Positions 56,310 through 64,000 of a DNA stretch of 64,000 nt are shown one piece after another. Within the stretch, counting starts at the first letter, position 1. Every line of letters starts with the position of its first letter. The notes below the pieces were generated by a model, which saw only the letters and a program-made list of their open reading frames with translations, was not told the origin of the DNA and searched no databases. The DNA lies in NCBI GenBank assembly GCA_963727245.1, contig CAVSFO010000019.1:4371-68370 (forward strand). Direction: 5' to 3'. This DNA comes from an uncultured Planctomycetia bacterium (lineage in GTDB: Bacteria > Planctomycetota > Planctomycetia > Pirellulales > Thermoguttaceae). The position numbers and the translations under genes were made by a program.

Positions 56310-58197
56310 ATGAAACTCGACTCTCGTTTCGCCACACTCGCCCTTCCGGTGGTCGTTGCTTGCGGGCTGGCCGGTCTTGGCCGTTGGTCGTTGGCGGCAA
56401 ACCCCTCGGCCGTACAAGCCTTGAAACTCACCCCGATTCAGGAGGGCATCGATTACGACCGGCCTACTCCGGAAGAGGCGGCCAAGTGCAAGATTTCCGT
56501 GAAGAAGAGCGGCGGGCACGTCGGCTGGGTGGTCGAGAGTCCCGAGGGCGTGACTTTGCGGAAGTTCCTCGATACCAACGGCGACAACGTCGTCGATCAG
56601 TGGAGCTATTACAAGGACGGCGTCGAGGTCTATCGCGAGATCGACTCCGAGTTCCACGGCAAGGTGGACCAATACCGCTGGTTCAACACCGGCGGCACGC
56701 GTTGGGCCATCGAGAAGAAGGAGCCGGGCAACAAGACTCCGGGCAAGAACATCTTCTGGAAGGTCATTTCGCCTGAAGAGGTGACGGCCGAGGTGGTGGC
56801 CGCCTTGGCCAAGCAGGACGTGGATCGATTCAGCCGCCTGCTGCTTACGCCCGCGGAGTTGCAGTCGTTGGGCCTTGGCAGGGCGAAAAGCGAGGCCGTG
56901 GCGGCGAAGCTCGCCCGGGCGGAAGACGATTTCAGGGCCTTGGCGGCCCGGCCCGGCAGCATCACGCCGGAGTCGAAATGGGTGCAGTTCGGCGGCGCCA
57001 AGCCGGGCGCTGTGCCGGCCGACGTCGATGGCCCCCGCCGGGACCTGCAGGTCTATGAAAACGTCTTTGCGGTCGTGCAGACCGGCGGCAAACACAGCCA
57101 ATTGCAGATCGGCACGCTGCTGCGCGTCGGCGACGCCTGGCGGCTGATCGATGGGCCCGCCATGCCCGCCGAGGGCCGCGCGGACATGCCTGCGCCGGGC
57201 CTGTTTTTCCAGGCTTCGCTGTCCAATCGCCCCAGTGCAACGCCCGCCGGGCCCGGCGACCAAACCCAGAAACTCCTCTCCGAGCTGGAGAAACTCGATC
57301 AGTTCGACGCCCGCCGCCCCGATCTCTTGGAGCAGATCGCCGAGTCGGTCAAGACGGCGGAGGAACGCACGATGTGGTATCGCCAGATGGCCGACACGAT
57401 CAGCGCGGCCGTCCAGTCGGGCAAATTGCCGGAGGGGGACAAGCGGCTGGACGCCCTCTTCCACAAGCTCCAGCAGAACGAGGCCGACAAGGCGGTGGCC
57501 GCCTACGTGCGATTCCGTCAACTGATGGCCCAGTACAGTCTCAGCCAGCAGGCGCCGAAGGCCGACTTCGCCAAGGTCCAGGCCGAGTGGCTGAAGACCC
57601 TCGAGCAGTACGTCGCCGACTATCCGGCCGTCCCCGACGCCGCCGAGGCGATGCTCCAGTTGGGCATCGCCCGGGAGTTCGCCGGCCAGGAAGAAGACGC
57701 CAAGCGGTGGTACGGTCGGATCGTGCAGGAGTTTCCCGGTTCGCCGGCGGCCAGGAAGGCGGCCGGCGCCGCCACGCGACTGGATTTGGTGGGCAAGCCG
57801 CTCAATTTCTCGGGCAAGAGTGTTTCCGGCGAGAACATCGACCTGGCGAAGTTTCGGGGAAAGGCGATATTGATCCAATACTGGGCCACCTGGTGCGGAC
57901 AGAGCAAGGCCGACCTGCCCGCCCTCAAGGAATTGGCGTCCAAGTACGGCGACATCTTTACCGTGGTGGGGATCAGCCTGGATCTCGAACGCGCAGGACT
58001 TGAACAGCTATCTGGCCGAGAACCACCTGCCCTGGCCGCAGATTTTCGAGGTGGGGGGCCTGGACAGCCGGCCGGCCAACGTGTTGGGAATCTGGACGCT
58101 GCCGACGATGATCCTGGTCGACAAGGACGGGAAGGTGGTGAGCCGCAACATCGCCATCGGCAACGTCGAAGGCGAGCTGAAGAAGCTCAGTAAGTAG
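56310..58197 (+). CDS. Large secreted protein with a C-terminal thioredoxin-fold (TlpA/redoxin-like) domain carrying CxxS, with one apparent frameshift near 57984.
   Basis: The ATG at 56310 lies inside ORF 56115..58193. Signal peptide present. A TPR-like segment (AEAMLQLGIAREFAGQEEDAKRWYGRIVQEFPGSP) is followed by ILIQYWATWCGQSKADLP. The C-terminus continues in ORF 58000..58197 (NSYLAENHLPWPQIF...LPTMILVDKDGKVV). Confidence 0.7.
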
Positions 58198-58205
58198 GGG
58201 CCGGG

Positions 58206-58288
58206 GTAGGGTGGGTCGACGCAGCGAGCCCCACCAACTGCGATTTGGCCCCTTCCTGGTGGGGCTCGCTGCGCTCGACCCACCCTAC
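58206..58288. repeat. REP-like palindrome, GTAGGGTGGGTCGA..AGCGAGCCCCACCA family, second copy.
   Basis: Arms at 58206-58236 and 58257-58288. Confidence 0.8.
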
Positions 58289-58669
58289 AGGCTCGCTGCG
58301 CCGGCAAGTGGTGGCGATGGCTCCCGGAACAGTCCGCCCATCTTCACCTGGGGTCGGGCGCAGGGCCGAAGATGCCCGGGCTACGATGACGTAAGCCCTT
58401 GGCCCGTTGATGGTTGTATCAATTGCCGCTACAACCGGCCTTTCGTTACGACCGCCAAGTCCGGCAAAATCGAAAAAAAGCTACCTTTCGGCACAATCGT
58501 CAACCGAAACCATAATCAGGCAATTATCGGAGCCGGGCGCTGCCAAGGGGGGCACCATCCCGATCCCGTCCGTCCGGTTTTTAACCGTGGCGTCAGTGGG
58601 CCCTCCTGCCGGCAGGCGACCGTTCTGCAACGTTGATCCATCGGATCAGGACTTAAAGGAGGGAATAGC

Positions 58670-59725
58670 ATGCGACGTTTGTTAACGACTATCGTGGCGG
58701 CTGCGGCTACGCTGATACCGGTCTTGGCGCTGGCCGAGAACCCCAATCAGCAGATGGCCCAACAGATCGCCAACCACCTGCGCCAGAGCGGTCAGCTTCA
58801 CCAGTATAAGATTGCGGTCAAGTACAAGGATGGCACCGCCTGGCTTCAGGGGCAGGTGCGTGACGCGGAGCAGGCGAGGACGGCCATGAACCTGGCGTTG
58901 GAGCCGGAGGGCGTGGAGCGGGTGGTGAACAACCTGTTCATCGGTCAGGTCGAGCCCGTGGCCCCGTCCCCGGCCAGGACAGCGTCCATCACCATCGGCG
59001 TCCAAGCCACGGCCCCGGCTCCGGCCAGGAGAGTCTCCGTCACGGTGCCCGCCGCGAGTCCGAAACCGGCCGGTGAAGAGGCTTCGCAGCCGGCGGAGAA
59101 GCCGGAGCAAAGCGCCACCAGGACGCCCGAGCGTCCGCCGAAGCCGATGTTTGCGTTTTTGGAGCCGCTTCGTCGCCCCACGCATGAGGCGTCGGTGCCG
59201 GTGGAAGATCCGACCCAGGATTCCCGGGCGGGTGCGCGGCGCGTGAGTGCTTCCTTCGCGTCGGCCCCCGCGCAACCTGTTGCCAACAGCGAGCCGGCCG
59301 TCGCCGAGGTGGCTCCGCAACCGATCGGGCCGCAGGCGATGGCCGCCCCGTTGCCCCAGGCCGCTGCCCCTCAGCGCCCGATGCCGATCGGCATGGCGCA
59401 ACGGACTTCGCTGAACGAGCCATCGGTTGGCGTGCCTGGCGGCCCGCTGCCCATGTATGCCCAGGGCGTGGGCGGCGCCCAGGCCCCGACGCGGTTTGAC
59501 GTGCCGAACATGCCCAATCATGCTTGGCCGAGCTACGCATCTTACCCGAATTACGCCGCCGTGACCTACCCCAGGCAGTATTCCGCAACCGCTTGGCCCT
59601 ACATCGGCCCGTTCTATCCTTACCCGCAGGTCCCGTTGGGATGGCGGAAGGTTACTTTGCAATGGGACGATGGCTGGTGGATGCTCGACTTCAAGGATGA
59701 ACCCGGCTGTTGCTGGTGGAGATAG
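58670..59725 (+). CDS. Secreted BON-domain protein with a Pro-rich middle and an aromatic-rich C-terminus.
   Basis: AAAGGAGGG Shine-Dalgarno sequence upstream. Signal peptide present. BON-like segment IAVKYKDGTAWLQGQVRDAEQARTAMNLALEPEGVERVVNNL. C-terminus ...WPYIGPFYPYPQVPLGWRKVTLQWDDGWWMLDF. Confidence 0.75.
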   Translation: MRRLLTTIVAAAATLIPVLALAENPNQQMAQQIANHLRQSGQLHQYKIAVKYKDGTAWLQGQVRDAEQARTAMNLALEPEGVERVVNNLFIGQVEPVAPSPARTASITIGVQATAPAPARRVSVTVPAASPKPAGEEASQPAEKPEQSATRTPERPPKPMFAFLEPLRRPTHEASVPVEDPTQDSRAGARRVSASFASAPAQPVANSEPAVAEVAPQPIGPQAMAAPLPQAAAPQRPMPIGMAQRTSLNEPSVGVPGGPLPMYAQGVGGAQAPTRFDVPNMPNHAWPSYASYPNYAAVTYPRQYSATAWPYIGPFYPYPQVPLGWRKVTLQWDDGWWMLDFKDEPGCCWWR

Positions 59726-59767
59726 GTCAGCGGCGGGAATGGATTCCCGCGTAATTGACCGAAGTGG

Positions 59768-59802
59768 ACCCCCGCCCGAGCGCTCGGTGCGGGGGTTTTT
59801 TT
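59768..59802 (+). terminator. Rho-independent terminator after the BON gene.
   Basis: ACCCCCGC..ccgagcgctcgg..GCGGGGGT followed by T7. Confidence 0.75.
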
Positions 59803-60021
59803 GCGCCTCTACCCCGCCGTGCGCGGGGGCGTTACCTTCCGCAAAGTCGATACAACCGAAAAAAGCCGCAAGTTCTGCGCAGATTCACACGATAACTATG
59901 GGTATCACGGCGCAGGCCAATGCCCTTCCCCTGTTGGTTGGGGAGCCAAAGAACTGGCTTCGAGCAGCGGGTGTTCCGCGGGGGCCGGGCCTGACCGCAC
60001 CGATCAGTCGAGGAATCACGA

Positions 60022-60596
60022 ATGATCCAGCGAGTCTATTCCGCCGCCACCTGTCTGTTGGTATCGATCGTGTTGGTCTCCGCCGCCGGCTGTGCGGCGA
60101 CCGCGGTCGGACCGAACTTCGGCCTGTTGTCCTACCCCATTCCCCTGTCGCCCTATTTCCAGAAACGGGAAGAGGATGCGTACTGGAATCATCTCCGCTA
60201 TAAGCGAGCGGTGATCCTGGGACCGCTTACCGCCGGCGCCCGGAAATCGCCCTCGATCCGCCCTCCGAAGACGAGGTGATGCGGGCCTTGGAGTCTGCTC
60301 GACCGGTCCAAGGCGGCATCCCCTGGCTGTACGAAGTCTGCCGGAACCATGTCCGCATCGTCAGCGAGCCGATCTCCGATTACGTCGATCCACCCCGTGT
60401 GTTTCCGCTGGTGGGCCCGGCGCAGGTCCATCACGTGAAGTACAAGTGCACCGTCTACTACATCGAAACCACCCACGTGGGCTGGCCGGTCCCATACACC
60501 ACGACCGACGAGGAGTGTCAAGAGGTGGTTTACATCGACCATACCCACCTGCACATGGTGGGCAAGGTGGACCCCGGTCCGGGCAGCAATTACTAG
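60022..60596 (+). CDS. Lipoprotein, function unknown, with one apparent frameshift.
   Basis: Lipobox LVSAAGC. After ...GPLTAGA the frame switches at CCC 60239-60241 to PEIALDPPSEDEVMRALESARPVQGGIPWLYEV... (ORF 60276..60596). Confidence 0.6.
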
Positions 60597-60632
60597 CCGG
60601 GGGCCTTCCTCCCAGGCGTAAGGCCAAGCAAG

Positions 60633-60693
60633 GCCTCCGCCGCTGGCAGCACGGGCAAACAAGCCCGCAGACGCCAACGGCGGAGGCTTTTTT
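60633..60693 (+). terminator. Hairpin plus T6 after the lipoprotein gene.
   Basis: gcctccgccg (60633-42) pairs with cggcggaggc (60678-87), followed by TTTTTT (60688-93). Confidence 0.55.
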
Positions 60694-60905
60694 CGTTGCT
60701 CCCCGGCCAGCCGGCGCCAGTTTGACTCACTGCCAAGCCCTCGCCAGCACGAAAATGATAATGGGAAGGACTAGTGCGTCCATCGCGGCTAGTGGGATGG
60801 CTTTGGGTGGCGCCAACGGCGACACCCCAGGGCGGAGCGGACGGGCAGGATGCCCGTCGCGCCCACGGATTGGGGCCGGCAAGGACGGCGACGGGGTGAC
60901 GGATC

Positions 60906-61757
60906 ATGATGGGCGTCAAGCACTTGCCATGGGCAGCCGCGCTCTGCCTGATGGCTGCCGCCGGCGGCCTGGGCTGGTCCGCCGCCGCCGCAGGGGCCCC
61001 GCCGTCGCCCCGCGCCAGCGCCGCGACGGCCCAAGATCCCGGCCCCCTGGCAGGCGACGCCATGCCGCCGGCCCAGGAGGCCATCCCCACCCGAGACCTC
61101 TGGAAAATCATCCGCGACGCCGGGCCCTTGATGATCCCCATCATCGGCTGCTCGTTCCTGTTGGTCACGTTCCTCTTGGAGCGGGCGATTAGCCTGCGGC
61201 GCGGACGCGTCATTCCCAAACCCTTTGTCACCCGCTTTCTCCAGCAGTTGGCCGACGGCGAGCTGGACCGCCAGCAGGCCCTGACGCTCTGCCAGCAGAG
61301 CGGCAGCCCGGTGGCGAACGTCTTCGCCGGGGCGGTGCGAAAATGGGGGCGCCCGGCCGTCGAAATCGAACAGGCCGTGATCGATTGCGGCGAGCGCGCG
61401 ACCAACTCGCTCCGCCGCTATCTCCGCATCTTCTATGGCATCACCACGGTAGGACCGCTGCTGGGCTTGATGGGGACCGTGCTGGGGATGATCCAGACCT
61501 TCAACGCAGTGGCCGGGGGCGCAGCCCTGGGACGCACGGAAATGTTGGCCGGCGGCATTGCCAAGGCCCTGCTCAATACGGCCGGCGGCCTGGCCGTGGC
61601 CATTCCGGCCTCGATCCTCTATGTCGTCTTCGTCAGCCGCATCGATCGACTGATCATCGAGATCGACGCCCTGGCGCAGGAAGTGGTCAATTTGATCTCG
61701 GCCGAAGAATTACAGGAGCGACAGCTTCACCCGTCCAAGACGCGGCGTGCCGCGTAA
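60906..61757 (+). CDS. exbB: MotA/TolQ/ExbB-family proton-channel protein.
   Basis: Three TM segments and the family signature ...TVGPLLGLMGTVLGMIQTF.... Confidence 0.85.
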   Translation: MMGVKHLPWAAALCLMAAAGGLGWSAAAAGAPPSPRASAATAQDPGPLAGDAMPPAQEAIPTRDLWKIIRDAGPLMIPIIGCSFLLVTFLLERAISLRRGRVIPKPFVTRFLQQLADGELDRQQALTLCQQSGSPVANVFAGAVRKWGRPAVEIEQAVIDCGERATNSLRRYLRIFYGITTVGPLLGLMGTVLGMIQTFNAVAGGAALGRTEMLAGGIAKALLNTAGGLAVAIPASILYVVFVSRIDRLIIEIDALAQEVVNLISAEELQERQLHPSKTRRAA

Positions 61758-61813
61758 GGACGCGGGGAGTGGCCTGGGGGCTGTCCCCCTCGCGCCCCAA
61801 AGATCGAAAAGCC

Positions 61814-62230
61814 ATGCCCCTGAAAACCCACCTCGATGAACCGCCCACGCTGAACTTGACGGCCATGCTCAACGTCATGTTCCTGTTGATCATCTTCTTC
61901 ATGCTGGGCACGCGGTTCGCCGACGAGGAGCGGCAGATCGCCCTGCAGGTGCCCACGGTGGTCGACCGCGGCGCGCTGGATTCCGCCAACGAGCGGAAGA
62001 CGGTCAACGTCTATCGCGACGGGGCCATCACGCTCGACCAGACGCCGGTCACCTTGGAGCAACTCACCGCCAAACTGGCCGCGGCCCGCCGCGGCCGGAA
62101 CCTCGGCGTCCTGGTCCGCGGCGACGCCCAGGGCCAGTTCCAGCAAGTCGCCGCCGTCCTCAACGCCTGCAAGCAAGCGGGCATCAACGAGCTGGGTATC
62201 TCCGTACGTTTCCTTCCCCTGAAGAAGTGA
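61814..62230 (+). CDS. exbD: ExbD/TolR-family biopolymer transport protein.
   Basis: The ATG at 61814 lies inside ORF 61343..62230. N-terminal TM LNLTAMLNVMFLLIIFFML and a periplasmic domain (VLVRGDAQGQFQQVAAVLNACKQAGI). Confidence 0.85.
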   Translation: MPLKTHLDEPPTLNLTAMLNVMFLLIIFFMLGTRFADEERQIALQVPTVVDRGALDSANERKTVNVYRDGAITLDQTPVTLEQLTAKLAAARRGRNLGVLVRGDAQGQFQQVAAVLNACKQAGINELGISVRFLPLKK

Positions 62231-62233
62231 GCC

Positions 62234-63945
62234 ATGGCTGCTGTCTGCCCGGGCCGCCTGTGGAGCTGGTTGACCGGCGTGGAACTGGTGATGGGGTTGC
62301 TCTGGCTGGGCTTGGCGGCCTTCACCATCGCCTTGGTCGTGCTGATCTGGACGCGCTGGGGCCAATATCGGCCCTTGCGGAAATGCCTGGTGCTGTCGGT
62401 CCTGGCCCACTTGCTCCTGGCAGGCTACGCGACCACGGTGCGGATCGTTACCATGACGCCGCCGGCCAACGGCCCGATCATCGCCATCCGCTTGGGCGAC
62501 CTCGGGGGCCCCGGGGCCAACGGCGATGACCCTGCCGGCGGTCTTGAAACGCCGCAGCCGGCCGCCAAGGCATCGCCGCCGCTGCTGGAGATTCCCAACC
62601 GGCCGACTCCGGCGCCGTCGCCACCGTCGCCATCGCCGCCACCGCCGGCCGCCACGGCCGTGCTCGACAAGCCGATCGTGCCGTCCCCGAGCGGCGCCAG
62701 CGGCGAGCCGCTCAGCCCGGCCGCTCAGCCCGAGGAACCGCTCGCCGCGGCCTCGGCCGCCGGCAATCGGATAAGCGCCATGGCGTCAACGTCGACATGG
62801 CAGCGGCGCGGCGCGTCCCGGGACTTATCGCCCGCGGCGGCACAGCCGCAGGGCGGCTCGGCCCACCCGGTGCCGGAGGTCTATCGGCTGCGGATGGCGC
62901 CGAACCATGCCGGGCTGGCTCAAGGCCACGGCGGCAGTCCCCAGACCGAGGCGGCCGTGCAAGCCGCGCTGCAATGGCTGGCGGCGAACCAAAGCGGCGA
63001 CGGACATTGGAGCGCCCGGCAACATGGGGCGGGCCGCGAGACCTGGGTGGACGGCCGCGATCGCCAACACGCTGGCGCGGAGGCCGACAGCGGCATCACC
63101 GGCCTGGCCCTGCTGGCCTTTCTGGCGGCGGGGCAAACGCATCGCGACGGCCCGCACACGGCCGAGGTCCGCCGCGGCCTGGAATACCTGCTGTCGGTGC
63201 AGGCGGCCGATGGCAACCTGGCCGGCCAGGCCGACGTGTTCGCCCGCATGTACTCGCACGCCATGGCCGCCTTCGCCCTGAGCGAGGCCTACGCCATGAC
63301 CGGCGATGCCCGGCTCCGCGACGGCGTCCGCCACGCCGTCGCCTACAGCGTCGCCGCACAGGATGTCTACGGCGGCGGCTGGCGATACCGGCCGGGCGAT
63401 CCGGGCGACACCAGCCAACTGGGCTGGCAGTGGATGGCCCTGAAGAGCGCGGAACTGGCCGGCATCCCCAGCGGCGAACCGACCCGGCAGGGGATCATGC
63501 GCTTCCTGCGGAGCGTGGCCAGCGGCAGTTACGGCGGCCTGGCCGCCTATCGGCCCGGCGAGCAAGTCACCCGCACCATGACCGCCGAGGCCCTCGTCTG
63601 CTGGCAGTTCCTCGGCATGCCGCCGAAGATCCGGCCAGCGACGAGGCGGGGGAGTTTCTGCTCGGGCAATTGCCGGGGCGGGGGGCCGTCAACATCTACT
63701 ACTGGTACTACGGCACCCTGGCGATGTTCCAGTTGCAGGGGGAATATTGGCGCAAGTGGAACGAAGCCCTGCAAACCCAGTTGCTCGCCAGCCAGTGCAA
63801 GACCAGCCCCTCGGCCGGCAGTTGGGACCCCGACGCCACCTGGGGCGGCTACGGCGGGCGGATCTACAGCACGTCGCTCTCGGCGTTGTGCCTGGAGGTC
63901 TACTACCGGTTCCTGCCGCTGTACACGCAGGCGACGAAGCGGTGA
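62234..63945 (+). CDS. TonB-shaped protein: N-terminal membrane anchor, Pro-rich spacer, and a C-terminal prenyltransferase/terpene-cyclase-like alpha-toroid domain (paralog 3), with one apparent frameshift near 63625.
   Basis: My own translation from the ATG at 62234, 3 nt after the exbD stop. This frame has no stop before the window end, which is why it is missing from the ORF track. It reads MAAVCPGRLWSWLTGVELVMGLLWLGLAAFTIALVVLIW...LSVLAHLLLAGY...PTPAPSPPSPSPPPPAAT...ALQWLAANQSGDGHW...LEYLLSVQAADGNL.... It then shifts into the frame of ORF 62797..63945 (...DPASDEAGEFLLGQLP...GRIYSTSLSALCLEVYYRFLPLY*). Confidence 0.7.
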
Positions 63946-63968
63946 AAAACGCGGGCGCGCCTGCCCCC

Positions 63969-63995
63969 TTCCCACCGGTCGCAGCCGGTGGGCTT
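63969..63995. repeat. Hairpin repeat TTCCCACCGG-N7-CCGGTGGGCTT.
   Basis: Lies 24 nt after the stop at 63945. Differs from the 33743-33769 copy only at the first loop base (C vs T). Confidence 0.5.
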
Positions 63996-64000
63996 GGGCG

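Noticed and set aside
60022-61757. The lipoprotein gene 60022-60596 as the first gene of the exbB-exbD-toroid operon.
   Set aside because: A hairpin plus T6 (60633-60693) and a 309-nt spacer separate it from exbB, so co-transcription is not supported by the sequence.

Overview
High-GC chromosomal segment. Hand counts of single 60-nt lines give about 68-72 % GC in core genes and about 53-62 % in two small blocks. Gene content and repeat content look planctomycete-like. Supporting points are membrane-anchored 24-residue LRR proteins, three 'prenyltransferase/terpene-cyclase-like' alpha-toroid proteins, a stand-alone tRNA-Ile(GAU) outside any rRNA operon, and many short palindromic repeat families. 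This taxonomic call is inference only.

Gene order:
- Start of window: a 5'-truncated btaA-like gene, a btaB-like methyltransferase, pstSCAB, two tandem LRR paralogs, a membrane protein, an alpha/beta hydrolase and alpha-toroid protein 1.
- A long minus-strand block: galM, TPR, mutM, a chagasin-type inhibitor protein, RR-PP2C, RR, a PAS histidine kinase, alpha-toroid protein 2, and two tandem Tat-signal GH38-like hydrolases.
- An 813-aa secreted protein with a roughly 285-aa Gly/Ser/Asp/Lys/Tyr low-complexity core.
- moxR, an esterase and guaB, then an LplA-like ligase, ctp, and two tandem polytopic membrane paralogs.
- A small, slightly lower-GC insert carrying a HicB-like gene, a small partner gene and an unknown gene.
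- folC, a mini histidine kinase, pnp, rpsO, three lower-GC hypothetical genes and tRNA-Ile.
- A large thioredoxin-fold protein, a BON protein, a lipoprotein, and exbB-exbD followed by a TonB-shaped alpha-toroid protein.

Two window-wide observations:
- 19 reading-frame breaks occur in 15 otherwise conserved genes. Most of those I could resolve sit at homopolymers one base too short, so assembly indels are more likely than decay.
- Intergenic DNA is saturated with at least 6 families of REP/MITE-like palindromes. One copy sits in frame inside a CDS.

No rRNA, CRISPR array, transposase or integrase was seen. The candidates I rank highest for something new are the exbB-exbD-toroid cluster (60906-63945), the HicB-like three-gene insert (45685-47163) and the low-complexity secreted protein (29678-32119).
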